Of a DNA stretch of 64,000 nt, positions 28,040 to 38,846 are shown piece by piece. The number at the start of each line of letters is the position of its first letter. The stretch's first letter is position 1. Under the pieces are notes generated by a model. That model was given only the letters and a program-made list of their open reading frames with translations, was not told the DNA's origin and searched no databases. The stretch is taken from positions 172 through 64,171 of the forward strand of contig CAYFLK010000001.1 of the NCBI GenBank assembly GCA_964344035.1, given 5' to 3'. The stretch is from an uncultured Pseudomonadota bacterium. GTDB lineage: Bacteria > SAR324 > NAC60-12. The position numbers and the translations under genes were made by a program.

Positions 28040-29422
28040 TTAATCCGCCGAAAAAACGTCAGCAGTATCATTAATGGCGTCGCCAAGGCGTTCAAATAGC
28101 AGCTCCAGTTCTTCTTCGGTGACAATCAATGGAGGGCACACGGCAATGATATCACCCGGCAGCACCCTTAGAATCAGGCCATGTTCCTGTGCCCGCTGCA
28201 CTAGATACGCTCCTACCTTCAGGGATGGTTCAAAAGCAGTTCTCCCGGTTTTGTCCCGCACCAGTTCGACCGCCCCGATTAATCCGCAGCTTCTTGTGTT
28301 GCCGATCAGCGGATGGTCAGCGAAGCGGTGCAGTCCGGAGGCAAATTTCGGCGCCAGTTCACGCACCCGGGAAACGATGTTTCTTTCCTCGTATATTTTC
28401 AGCGTTTCCAGAGCAACTGCTGCGGGTACAGGGTGGCCGGTATACGTGTATCCGTGTCCGAACATGCCGAATTTGGCACTCTGTTCCCTGACGGTCTGGT
28501 ATATCGCGTCGGAAACCAACAAGCCTGAAATCGGCAGGTAGCCCGAAGAAAGTTGTTTGGCGACAACCATCATGTCCGGGTCAATTTCGAAAGTTTCCGA
28601 GCCGAATAGGTTTCCGGTGCGTCCGAAACCGCAAATCACCTCATCCGCAATCATCAGGATCTGGTATTTCTTCAGCACCGGCTGTATGGCTTTGAAATAT
28701 GAAAAGGGAGGGATGATGACACCGCCTGCGCCTTGTATCGGTTCGGCGATGAATGCGGCGATGGTGTCAGGGTTCTCCCTGAGGATCAGCCTTTCCAGAC
28801 TGTCCGTCAGCCGTCCGACGAATTCTTCTTCGCTCTCACCGTGCATTGAATATTTGTAATAGTGTGGGCATTCCGCGTGCAATGCGACCGGTTTTGGAAG
28901 ATCGAATCCTTTGTGCGCGTAGTCCAGTCCGGTCAATGAGCCTGAGATTATCGTCACCCCGTGATAGGCGCGATCCCGGGAAATGATTTTTTTCTTTTCA
29001 GGACGTCCCAGTGCGTTTTGATAGTACCATGCGATTTTAACCGCGGTGTCGTTTGATTCCGATCCGGAATTGGCGAACAGGACCTTGCTCATCGGCTCCG
29101 GCGCCATTTCCACCAGGCGTTCCGCCAATTCAAGGGTGGTCGCAGGCGCCTTTCCGGTGAAACTGTGGTAGTAGGGCAATTCACGGAGCTGTCGTTCAAT
29201 TGAGTTGATCAACCTGTCTTCACTGAATCCAAGAGAGACACACCAAAGTCCGGACATTCCTTCCAGGTATTCCTTACCCTGTTCATCATAAACGTAAACA
29301 CCCTTTCCACGTTTGATAACCAGCGAACCGCTGGTTTCATTGGATTTCAAATTGGTGTAGGGATTCAGATAATACTTCCTGTCGCGAACAGTGGAGATCG
29401 ATTCATGCTGGGATTCATTCAT
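28040..29422 (-). CDS. class III (omega) aminotransferase, putrescine/beta-alanine-pyruvate transaminase-like
   Basis: 460 aa. PLP-lysine context DMMVVAKQLSSGYLP. The fold-type-I class III pattern GSESNDTAVK...DEVICGFGRTG is present. Confidence 0.85.
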   Translation of the reverse strand: MNESQHESISTVRDRKYYLNPYTNLKSNETSGSLVIKRGKGVYVYDEQGKEYLEGMSGLWCVSLGFSEDRLINSIERQLRELPYYHSFTGKAPATTLELAERLVEMAPEPMSKVLFANSGSESNDTAVKIAWYYQNALGRPEKKKIISRDRAYHGVTIISGSLTGLDYAHKGFDLPKPVALHAECPHYYKYSMHGESEEEFVGRLTDSLERLILRENPDTIAAFIAEPIQGAGGVIIPPFSYFKAIQPVLKKYQILMIADEVICGFGRTGNLFGSETFEIDPDMMVVAKQLSSGYLPISGLLVSDAIYQTVREQSAKFGMFGHGYTYTGHPVPAAVALETLKIYEERNIVSRVRELAPKFASGLHRFADHPLIGNTRSCGLIGAVELVRDKTGRTAFEPSLKVGAYLVQRAQEHGLILRVLPGDIIAVCPPLIVTEEELELLFERLGDAINDTADVFSAD

Positions 29423-29589
29423 GTTTATCCTGAGTTTGGGGTGGAAATCAGGTTGTCAATGCTGCCCCCGCAAACAGCTAGTCTAACGTGGCGAACAACT
29501 TATCCCTACAACGTCAGTTGGCCAGGTTCACAATGAAATCATTGAATAATTCAGTTTCTCATGTGTTTTCATCGGCTTGTCGGGTTAGC

Positions 29590-29625
29590 GCAAGCGTAAC
29601 CCGACATTTTTTTGTTTATGCTGAT
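29590..29625 (+). terminator. strong intrinsic terminator with GCAA tetraloop, orphan (no annotated upstream plus-strand gene)
   Basis: GTCGGGTTAGC-GCAA-GCgTAACCCGAC hairpin (11 bp, one bulge), followed by ATTTTTTTG. Confidence 0.6.
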
Positions 29626-29839
29626 AAAAACAGCGGCCTAACCGTATAAGTGTCGTTGTGGGGTTATAAATCTTTAATCGATTTGTACGGTATACCGGGT
29701 GCAGCCTTAACTGCAAGACGGGACATAAATTAAGCAAAAAAAACGTTGGACTGACGCATATCCGTGCTATAATTATGGCTGAATCACGTCATTTTTCAGC
29801 CTCTGAAATGATCCGGAATTTGCCAAACAGGAGTTTCCT

Positions 29840-30202
29840 ATGTGCACGTTGTTCCGAATGAAGTGGCTGGGGTGTCTGGCAATGTTGAGCCTCGTCCAGG
29901 GGTGCAGCCCGGACATGCCCGTAACAAGAACCCTGGACCCGGGAATACTCATCTATTCGCTTTCCACTACAAACGTGAAGAAGCTACAGGGAGCATTGCC
30001 GGTACGAATCAGTTCCTACAGCGCCATAAAGAATTTGAGCATCAACGACAAGTCATACTCTGTTCCTCCTGATACTAAGGAATTGACGCTGAGACTGCCC
30101 TATCAGCTCAACCCCGACCGACAGAATTTCGCGGTTCTCGTTGATACGGTGGAAGGCAGTCAATTTGAAGAATTGGTGTTGAAGCTTAGCGTCGGGGATT
30201 GA
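29840..30202 (+). CDS. hypothetical lipoprotein
   Basis: 120 aa. Signal peptide with a lipobox-like LVQGC (Cys22). No other motif. Confidence 0.45.
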   Translation: MCTLFRMKWLGCLAMLSLVQGCSPDMPVTRTLDPGILIYSLSTTNVKKLQGALPVRISSYSAIKNLSINDKSYSVPPDTKELTLRLPYQLNPDRQNFAVLVDTVEGSQFEELVLKLSVGD

Positions 30203-30208
30203 TAAAAA

Positions 30209-31276
30209 TCACTCAAAAGGGTCCCTGGTTTCGCCTGCACTGGATACCACCGGATTGGCGGTTCGAGTATTGACGTGCAGGCGGAACACATCCGGACGCG
30301 CATAATGTCCCGTGACATCGAAATCATACTTGCCTCGCGGTATATCAGCCGGGTCTATTTCAGCGTAGCGAATGCATTCCCCGTCATAAAGTGGCTCCGC
30401 CAACACCTGTCCCAGCGGACCGATGATGCAGCTGCCTCCGCGCATCAGCACCGCGTCCGGGTCGTTGCCGGACGGTGAATGATACTCATCCTGACAGTCT
30501 TTCCTTGTAAGGTACTGGCAGGCTGAAAACACAAAGCAGCGTCCCTCAAGAGCCACATGCCTCATTGTCGGCAACCAGGTGTCCCGGTCGTCAGCGGTCG
30601 GAGCGCAATACAACTGCACTCCCTGGTCATACATTGCCATGCGCAGCATCGGCATGTAGTTTTCCCAGCAAATGACCGCCCCCAGCCTGCCGAGGCTGGT
30701 ATCAGCCACGGTCAGGGTTGAGCCGTCTCCAAATCCCCAGACAATCCGTTCCAGCGCGGTGGGCATAAGTTTCCGGTGCCTGCCCAGCATCCTTCCGTCC
30801 GTGTTAAAAAAAAGCGCGGTGCAGTAAAGCGTCCCTCCGTCTCTTTCGATCACACCGACTACAAGGACCACCCCGGCGCTGCGGGCGGTTTTGCCGATCA
30901 GCTCTGTTTCAGGACCGGGGACGGAAATCGCACTTTCATAATAACGGCGGAAGTCATCGCGTCCCTCGGCGCTTCGCTGCCCCATACGGACGCCGAAATC
31001 CATGCCCTTTGGATATGCCGATATGAAAGCTTCCGGGAAGACAAGCAGTTGTGCCGACTGTTCAGCGGCTTCAGATGTCAGCCTGTCCAGTTTTTCCAGG
31101 GTTGAGGCAACATCGAAAACCACCGGGGCCGCCTGGACCACGGCCGCGCGAAATGGCTGGGCTGTCATTGGGTTCTCCTTTATACTTCGTTTGGTTTCTG
31201 TGATCCGCTTACGTAAATTTGCGGGTTGTCCTTTCACACCATGCTGAGTTGTAATTGAGTTTAAGGAGGCTTTCAA
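30209..31276 (-). CDS. nitrilase (nitrilase/cyanide hydratase branch of C-N hydrolases)
   Basis: Catalytic-Cys motif [12 protein letters not shown], with Glu (FPEAF) and Lys (RKLMPT) contexts. The likely true start is Met36 (MTAQPF, at 31171), since the first 35 aa are non-homologous. Confidence 0.85.
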   Translation of the reverse strand: MKASLNSITTQHGVKGQPANLRKRITETKRSIKENPMTAQPFRAAVVQAAPVVFDVASTLEKLDRLTSEAAEQSAQLLVFPEAFISAYPKGMDFGVRMGQRSAEGRDDFRRYYESAISVPGPETELIGKTARSAGVVLVVGVIERDGGTLYCTALFFNTDGRMLGRHRKLMPTALERIVWGFGDGSTLTVADTSLGRLGAVICWENYMPMLRMAMYDQGVQLYCAPTADDRDTWLPTMRHVALEGRCFVFSACQYLTRKDCQDEYHSPSGNDPDAVLMRGGSCIIGPLGQVLAEPLYDGECIRYAEIDPADIPRGKYDFDVTGHYARPDVFRLHVNTRTANPVVSSAGETRDPFE

Positions 31277-31324
31277 TAGAAAATCATCATGCCTGAACCA
31301 TAAACCCCTTAATTAGGAGGATCC

Positions 31325-32206
31325 ATGGAAAAACGCATCCTGGTGCCTTTGGATAACACGGAAATCAGTGAAAAGGTGATCGAGTTGGCGGACCAATGGG
31401 GACAGCACCTGGACGGCCGCCTGTCTTTCCTCCACGTGATAAATCCGAATTACACCTGGGGGGAGGAGAAGACCCCGCTGTTTGAAGAACACTTCGAATC
31501 CGCCGTCGCGAGGGTCAATATACAGAGTGAGTACGAGGTTTTGTTCCGGGTGGGTAAACCATACCTGAAAATTCTCGAAATTGAAGAAGAACTGCATCCC
31601 CAGTTGATACTGATGGCGGCGCACGATCATTCAATGCTCGAGCGGTTGTTTCTGGGAAGCAACACAGATTATGTGCTTCACCGCAGCAATACTTCCGTCA
31701 ATGTGTACAAGCATCCCAACGGCGAAGCGGAAAACACGGTGCTGGTCCCAATCGATTACACCGAAGTGAGCAGCTCCTTAGTTCGGGAAGCAGATGAATG
31801 GGCGCAATGGCATGGAGCAAAGCTCCTGATTCTTCATGTGGATGAGGTCCCTGAATATGGCGGGGATACATACATGATGGAAACCGGTTTTTTCCGCAAA
31901 GCGGACATGACTTCGGTGGAGAGCATGGACCTCCGGGAACATGATCATGAACTCTCGCGCCTGCAAAATGTCCTGGACCGTTACGTGGCTGACCTGGAAC
32001 CGAAATCACCTTACGAAACCTTCATCCGTTTCGGCACCCCGTACGTAAAAATACTGGACATGCAGAAGGCTCATCATCCGGAAATGGTGATGATGGCCGC
32101 GCATTCTCACACCATGCTGGGGAGAATGCTGATGGGAAGCAACACGGATTACATCATGCACCACTCCCACTGCCCGATGTTTGTTTTCAAAGGGGAACAG
32201 TCGTAA
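31325..32206 (+). CDS. universal stress protein, tandem UspA domains
   Basis: 293 aa. Two repeats each end in the ATP-binding-type motif (LFLGSNTDYVLHRS.. / LMGSNTDYIMHHSHCPMFVF). RBS GGAGGA. Confidence 0.8.
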   Translation: MEKRILVPLDNTEISEKVIELADQWGQHLDGRLSFLHVINPNYTWGEEKTPLFEEHFESAVARVNIQSEYEVLFRVGKPYLKILEIEEELHPQLILMAAHDHSMLERLFLGSNTDYVLHRSNTSVNVYKHPNGEAENTVLVPIDYTEVSSSLVREADEWAQWHGAKLLILHVDEVPEYGGDTYMMETGFFRKADMTSVESMDLREHDHELSRLQNVLDRYVADLEPKSPYETFIRFGTPYVKILDMQKAHHPEMVMMAAHSHTMLGRMLMGSNTDYIMHHSHCPMFVFKGEQS

Positions 32207-32259
32207 GCAGGTTGATGCGGAAAAGGCATCTCCTGAATGCTGGAGATTCCTTCAATGGC

Positions 32260-34069
32260 TCATTCAGAATTTGCGCGCAGTTTTGCGGTTTCCACAGTGT
32301 TTACCGTTCCGTCAGAATGCATTGAAACGCGGTAGTTCTGTAATGCTGATTCTGACGACACCATTTCATTGCGGACGTCTTCCGCGATCAGTTCCGGTTC
32401 ACGATCCAGAGGGTCCCCGAACCCGCCGCCTCCGGGAAGTTCAAGACAGAGTCGCTCATTGCGGGGAATGGTCTGTTCCCCTTTGGGGTTGAGAGTTTTC
32501 CCGGAAGCAAGTAGGACTTTCCCCGCCCAGCCGTCCATGCCTCCGTCCCGTCCACGGGGAGGGTGATGAACCCGGTCAAACATCGCCAGTACATTGAACG
32601 GTATCCCGTGCAATCCGCCGATTTCCATAACCTGGCCCAACCCCCCCCCGCCAGCGCCCCGGGCCTCCTGAATCAGGCCGGAATTCCTTGCGCCAAAACA
32701 CCACCGGGGCCACATTTTCTGTGGCTTCCACGGGCATTGTGCGTACTCCGCTTGGAAAAGCGGTAGCGGAAAGCCCGTCCTTGGTGGGGCGTGCCCCTGT
32801 ACCCCCGCTGTTGAAGGTGACAACTGTGAATTCCTTCACCGTTTCTTTGAGTTTTCCCGGCTCCCCCTGGATTTGGTAGGAGCCGCCGCCACGCAACTGA
32901 GGGTTCCAGATGGTTCCGACACCCTCCGCGGGCATTCCGGATTGAATCGTGTTTTGCCGGGAAGATTTTTTTTCTCCATGTATATTTGTATTTTCATTGA
33001 GATATTTTTTCGATGCACGGTGTAAGCAGCCGAATACAAGATCAGGAAGCATGTGACCTATCACGTGTCGGATGGCTACTGGAGAAGGCCGGGGGGCGTT
33101 GAGGATGGAACCTTCAGGAATCATGGTACGGATCGGTTCAAGGGACCCGAAGTTGTTTGGCACGTCCGGCGCCACCATGCATTTTATCGCGAAGGCGGTA
33201 TAAGCCCTGGTGTAGGCGGGGGGAACGTTGATCCCTTATCCGCTGGCGGGTGACGTGCCGTGATAGTCCACATGCACGGTATGGTCTGCAATAGTCAGTG
33301 CGGCATGTAATCGTACCGGCTGATCATAACCGTCAATATCCATAGTATTTTCCCATGTCCCACTGGGAAGTGCTTGGATTCGCTGCCGGGTAGCCTCCCT
33401 TGAGGTATCGACGATGTGATCCGACAAACCGGCCAGGGAATCGAGTCCGAACTCGCTCATCATCTCTCTCAGTCTATGACAGCCCTTCTCATTGCATGCA
33501 GCCAGAGAAAACAGGTCTCCCTGAACCTGAACCGGTTCCCGCACATTTGCACGCACAATTGCAAGCAAATCCTCATTTACCTCTCCACCCCGGAACAGGG
33601 GCAGAATCGGGATGTTCAGTCCTTCCTCGAAAACCTGTCTTGCATCCGGCCCGAACCCGCGACCGCCGATGTCAACCACGTGAGAAGTGGAAGCAAAAAT
33701 GCCTACAGGAATACCCTGATGGAATGCGGGTGAAACCGCAGTGAAATCATGTAGATGGCCGGTCGCCAGCCAGGGATCGTTTGTCAGGTAACAGTCTCCT
33801 TTCGACATGCCCTCCAGAGGATGGCGTGCCAGGAAATGCTTCACCGATTCCGCCATCGAATTGACGTGTCCAGGAGTCCCGGTCACTGCCTGGGCCAACA
33901 TCCGCCCCTTCACATCAAAAACCCCGGCGGACAAATCGCCAGCTTCACGCACCGTGGTGCTGAATGAGGTGCGTATCAGCGTCTGAGCCTGTTCCTCGAC
34001 AACTGAAATCAGGCGGTTCCACATCACCTGGGTTTGAATTATATCGAGAGAATCCGGTGTTTCCATCAT
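32260..34069 (-). pseudogene. hyuB: hydantoinase B/oxoprolinase (HyuB) gene disrupted by two frameshifts
   Basis: HyuB homology is split over three frames. ORF 33236-34069 holds the N-terminal part (...TSFSTTVREAGDLSAGVFD...). ORF 32576-33178 holds the middle. ORF 32260-32823 holds the C-terminal GGGGFGDPLDREPELIAEDVRNEMVS. Frame changes coincide with G6 (33218-33223) and C9 (32641-32649) homopolymers. Confidence 0.65.
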
Positions 34070-35539
34070 GCTGCGCCAGTGAAGGTATATTTTGGTTTTG
34101 AGTCGGTTTTTTCAAGAAACAGGTTTCCCTTTGAATCTACAGATGCTTCAAACGATTTTGGTACAATGGTGGTGGTGTCTCTTTCGGAGATGACCGCCGG
34201 TCCTTTAATTTTGAATCCCGGTGAGATGCCACTGCGTCTGTATACTGGGACGAGAATGTAACTGCCTGATTCCGGATCAAAAAAGTCTCTGTAATGCTCC
34301 AGGACGTTTTTTTGCAAAGAAGGAGTACTCCGGGATGTTTCAGATGGGTACTCTGATTTTGACAACAAACCAGTACGGGATTCTGAAATGCTCAAGGACC
34401 AGCTCAGAATTTCTATGTCCACATTCGGGATGACACGTCCATACTGTGAGGTGTACTCGTTTTCAAATACATCCTGCAAATCATTCAGGTTATTTATTGC
34501 GAGTCTTGTCAGGGGCAGGTCTACCGCGATTTCATGTCCCTGTCCCGTGTAACGCATAAAAGCGCGGCGCTTTTCCACAAGCTCGCCTTGAGGTTGGCAG
34601 CTTTTGACTACTGCCAATGCAATCTCCTGCATTTCCGCAAACATGGAATTGACGGCAGCGGGATTGAATGTGGAAATGCGCTGGTAGAGACTGCGCACGA
34701 TTTCGTAAGCGGACGGAGCACACAGGAAGCCGAAGCATGCTGGTCCGGGTTCCGAGCCGGCGCTTTCCGGCCCCACCTGGATTCTGTCCAGGGAATCTAT
34801 TTGCGCGATGGATCCTCCTCCCGCCCCGATTTCAACCATTTCTATCACGGGTATGCGAACTGGTAGCCCGCTACCTTTCTTGAAACGGTAAACCCTGGCG
34901 ATTTCAAACTGTCTTCCGCCCTGCGGTTGTCCATCATCGATGAAACATATCTTTGCGGTGGTCCCACCCATGTCGAAAGAGAGTACATGATCGAGCGAAT
35001 ACTGTGCGGCCAGTACACTGGCAAACATGGCACCGCCTGTGGGTCCGGATTCCACCATCCTGATTGGGAACCGGCGAGCGGTTTCCACAGTGGCAAGACC
35101 TCCTCCGGAAAGCAAGAGGAACAGCGGGCATGCAAATCCGGATTCTCTCAGCCTGTGTTCCAGCCGTACCAGGTATCCGGAAATCAATGGCTGGATGTAA
35201 GCGTTGGCCGCCGTGGTCGAAAACCGCTCGTATTCCCGCATTTCCGGAGAAACTTCAGAAGATAGGGAAATCCGCATTTCCGGGAAGCGTTCGAGGACCA
35301 AGCTTTTGATGCGCTGTTCATGTGCAGGGTTCATATACCCGTGGAGCAGGCAGACGGCAAGGCTTTGCACCTTCTGTTGTTGGAGCAATGGAAAAAGCGC
35401 CATTAGCGCATCTTCATCCAGAGGAAGCAGGACTTCTCCGCCGGCGCGTATGCGTTCCGGAACAGGAAAGCGTGAATGCCTGGGAATAAGCGGGATCAGT
35501 GAAAGTCCCCCCGATATCTGCCCCGATTCGTATCGTCAT
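34066..35539 (-). pseudogene. hyuA: hydantoinase A/oxoprolinase (HyuA) gene with N-terminal deletion and frameshift
   Basis: The 445-aa ORF begins inside the Hydant_A_N domain (ERIRAGGEVLLPLDEDAL...AVCLLHGYMNPAHEQRI...SLSSEV...REYERFSTT). The true N-terminus MTIRIGADIGGTFTD lies upstream at 35539, in another frame. A C6 run sits at 35507-35512. About 90-100 residues between GGTFTD and PLDEDE are absent. Confidence 0.6.
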
Positions 35540-35680
35540 TCCTACCCCGGCATCAATGCAAGTATCCGCTTAGGTTCCTGCTAATATTCTTCTATGAAAT
35601 AACATTTGATTTTTCCGTTTACTAAATTACACTAAACAGGCTTTAAGTCCAGGTTTTGAAATCTTTTATAGGAGAGAAAA

Positions 35681-36652
35681 ATGAAAACACTCAAAACAAT
35701 GCTTTGTCTGATCAGCGCCGTTGGATTGGCCTCAGCAGTCTATGCGGGTGAAAAGTGGGATATGCCTACTCCCTACCCGGACGCCACCTTTCATACCGCC
35801 AATATTCACCAGTTCGCGGACGATGTGAGTGTTGCAACCGGGGGCGCCCTCGAGATCAAGGTGCACAGCGCAGGTTCCCTGTTCAAACATGGTGAAATCA
35901 AGAATTCCATCCGCAGCGGCCAAGTTCCCATTGGGGAGTTTTTCATGGGACTGCTGGCAAATGAACATCCTGTTTTCGGGCTCGACTCCATGCCTTTTCT
36001 GGCCACGGATTACAATGCGGCCAAGAAGCTCTGGGATGTGACCAAGCCCACGGTCGCGGAGCAGTTCGAAAAACAGGGATTGATGGTCCTGTTTTCGGTG
36101 CCATGGCCGCCGCAGGGATTGTATGCCAAAAAAGAAATAAACAACGCCAAGGATATGACCGGATTGAAATTCCGTGCTTATAATGCCAATACGACCCGCT
36201 TGGCAAATCTCTCAGGCGCTGTTCCCACCCAGATTGAAGTTGCGGATTTACCCCAGGCTTTTGCCACGGGCCGCGTTGAAGCAATGATCACTTCTCCTTC
36301 AACCGGAGTATCAAACAAAGCCTGGGACTTCCTCTCCCACTTTCATCACATCCAGGCATGGATTCCTAAAAATGTCGTGGTAATCAACAAGCGTGCTTTT
36401 CAACGGCTCGATGCTTCTGTTCAGCAGCAGGTTCTGTTTGCCGCAGGAAAAGCGGAAGCCCGGGGGTGGGCTAAGAGCATGGCTGAAACAGATGAGAAAA
36501 TTGCCATACTCCAAAAGAACGGTGTGCAGATTGTGTCTCCAAGTGCGAGCCTGATGAGTTCTTTGAAACAACTTGGCGGCAAAATGAGTTCGGAATGGTC
36601 GGCCAAAGCGGGAGCTGAGGGCCAGGCATTGATAAACGCTTACACCAGATAA
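35681..36652 (+). CDS. TRAP transporter substrate-binding protein (DctP family)
   Basis: 323 aa with a signal peptide. The DctP-family pattern is present. Followed by the Q and M subunits. Confidence 0.85.
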   Translation: MKTLKTMLCLISAVGLASAVYAGEKWDMPTPYPDATFHTANIHQFADDVSVATGGALEIKVHSAGSLFKHGEIKNSIRSGQVPIGEFFMGLLANEHPVFGLDSMPFLATDYNAAKKLWDVTKPTVAEQFEKQGLMVLFSVPWPPQGLYAKKEINNAKDMTGLKFRAYNANTTRLANLSGAVPTQIEVADLPQAFATGRVEAMITSPSTGVSNKAWDFLSHFHHIQAWIPKNVVVINKRAFQRLDASVQQQVLFAAGKAEARGWAKSMAETDEKIAILQKNGVQIVSPSASLMSSLKQLGGKMSSEWSAKAGAEGQALINAYTR

Positions 36653-36707
36653 GGGCTTCCAGTCCAGTTTTCAAAACCGGCTTTAATGCATCACCACATT
36701 CGGCCCC

Positions 36708-37268
36708 GTGATACGACTTTTTTTGAATTGGTTATATAAGGCTAGCGGGGTCGTCGCGGCAGGCTTTATTGCAGCCATTTGCACAACCGTTGTTTTACAG
36801 GTGGCTGCGAACATCATCAACAAGACAATGGACCTGTTTTTCGGTGCATCTCCGGGTCTGATTGTTCCTTCCTATGCAGAATTCACCGGCTTTTTTCTGG
36901 TGGCTGCCTCCTTCTTTGCCCTCGCCTATACACTGCAGGGCGGTGTACACATCCGAGTGTCACTGCTGATCAATCGGTTGGGACCTTCCGCCCGGCATTG
37001 GGTAGAAGTCTGGTGTCTGGCCGCGGGCGCCATGCTGACGGGGTATTTCTCGTTCTATGCGTTTAACCTGGTTTACGAATCCTACCAATTCGGCGACCTT
37101 GCCGTTGGGATGGTGCCGTTGCCGCTTTGGATCCCGCAGTTCTTGATGGCACTTGGCTCAACAGTGCTGTTTACAGCTTTGGTGGATGACCTGGTCCAAG
37201 TGCTGAGCGGCACCCCCCCCTCATACCAGCAGCACGAAGAAAGCAATCCTTCCCGGAATACGGAATAA
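36708..37268 (+). CDS. TRAP transporter small permease (DctQ family)
   Basis: 186 aa, 4 TM. Sits between the dctP-like and dctM-like genes. Confidence 0.75.
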   Translation: MIRLFLNWLYKASGVVAAGFIAAICTTVVLQVAANIINKTMDLFFGASPGLIVPSYAEFTGFFLVAASFFALAYTLQGGVHIRVSLLINRLGPSARHWVEVWCLAAGAMLTGYFSFYAFNLVYESYQFGDLAVGMVPLPLWIPQFLMALGSTVLFTALVDDLVQVLSGTPPSYQQHEESNPSRNTE

Positions 37269-37280
37269 TCCCAGTTCACG

Positions 37281-38588
37281 ATGGATCAAGTTTTATATTC
37301 AGGAGTGCTGATCTTTTTGTTGTTTGCCATGCTAGGCAGCGGTTTATGGGTAGCCTTGTCACTTTTCATCATCGGCTTTGTCGGCATCGTGCTGTTCAGT
37401 TCCGCGCCTGTAGGCCTGGTTATGGCTACAACCGTTTGGGGGGCCGGACACTCCTGGGCCCTGGCAGCTTTACCCATGTTCATTTGGATGGGAGAAATTC
37501 TTTTTCGCTCAAGATTGTCAGAGGATTTATTCAAGGGGGTTTCTCCCTGGATCGAATGGCTGCCGGGCAGGTTGGCCCATGTAAACATTGTCGGCTGCGC
37601 AATATTTGCTGCTGTTTCCGGATCATCCGCGGCCACTGCGGCAACAGTGGGACGGATGTCTCTCCCGGAACTTTTCGGCCGGGGGTATGGAGAGAGACTG
37701 GCTATCGGCACCCTTGCCGGTTCCAGCACATTGGGTTTTCTTATCCCCCCCTCTATCATTCTCATAGTCTATGGAGTGGCAACTGAACAGTCTATAGCCC
37801 GACTGTTCATCGGGGGAATCCTGCCGGGTTTGATGCTGGTAGTACTCTTCATGGGTTATGTGGTCATCAGGGCCTTGTTCAAACCAGGAGAAATCCCGGA
37901 ATCCAAGGATTCCATGCCGTTCCCCAGGCGCATATACCAATCCAGGCGGCTCATTCCCATTCTACTGCTGATTACCGGAGTCATCGGATCAATATATCTT
38001 GGCATCGCTTCTCCCACTGATGCCGCCGCGGTAGGTGTGTTGCTGTCGCTGCTGCTTTCATGGGCCTATGGATCGTTGAACCGTGAAACTTTCATCGACG
38101 GCCTGATGGGCGCGACAAAAACTTCATGCATGATAGCCTTTATCCTTGCCGGCGCGTCATTCCTTACTGTAGCCATGGGATTCGCGGGCATTCCCCGTGA
38201 ACTTGCCGCATGGATCGGTTCATACAATTTGTCGCCCTACATGCTCCTGGCCGCGCTCACATTGTTTTTCGTGGTGCTCGGTTGTTTTCTTGATGGCATT
38301 TCTATGGTTGTTCTCACCACTTCGGTCATCCTGCCCATGATTGAAACAGCTGGTATCGACTTGATATGGTTTGGAATTTACCTGGTCATTGTAGTCGAAA
38401 TGTCCCAGATCACCCCACCGGTCGGGTTCAACCTGTTTGTCATCCAGGGACTCACCGGACGTGACATCCTTTATGTCGCAAAAGCAGCATTTCCGTTTTT
38501 CCTCCTGCTGGTTGTGGCTGTAGCCATTCTAATTTCCTTCCCGGAAATTGCGACATACCTGCCGGGCAAAATGCTTGGCAGCGGCTAA
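37281..38588 (+). CDS. TRAP transporter large permease (DctM family)
   Basis: 435 aa, about 12 TM, typical DctM length and composition. Confidence 0.85.
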   Translation: MDQVLYSGVLIFLLFAMLGSGLWVALSLFIIGFVGIVLFSSAPVGLVMATTVWGAGHSWALAALPMFIWMGEILFRSRLSEDLFKGVSPWIEWLPGRLAHVNIVGCAIFAAVSGSSAATAATVGRMSLPELFGRGYGERLAIGTLAGSSTLGFLIPPSIILIVYGVATEQSIARLFIGGILPGLMLVVLFMGYVVIRALFKPGEIPESKDSMPFPRRIYQSRRLIPILLLITGVIGSIYLGIASPTDAAAVGVLLSLLLSWAYGSLNRETFIDGLMGATKTSCMIAFILAGASFLTVAMGFAGIPRELAAWIGSYNLSPYMLLAALTLFFVVLGCFLDGISMVVLTTSVILPMIETAGIDLIWFGIYLVIVVEMSQITPPVGFNLFVIQGLTGRDILYVAKAAFPFFLLLVVAVAILISFPEIATYLPGKMLGSG

Positions 38589-38846
38589 CCGCTCGCGCGG
38601 TAAAAGTCAGTAATCACTGCAAACTTCCCCCGCTTTACATTCCCTTTTTTCGATAGTGCGACTTAATTCCGCACTGCATGCAGGTTCTGCGTAAACCCTG
38701 GCTTCGCCACATCTGTCATGCCGGGTCCACATATTCGTTAAATCTTTTGGTATCGCTGGTGGTATCCCCATTGGTAACGAATATGTTTTGATTTCGTTTT
38801 TTCTTGACAAACACGCCAAAAAGTACATCATGAAGTTATATTATAT

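Noticed and set aside
29531-29647. 38-codon ORF MKSLNNSVSHVFSSACRVSASVTRHFFVYADKNSGLTV
   Set aside because: It reads straight through the terminator hairpin and has no SD. RNA is a more likely explanation than a peptide.
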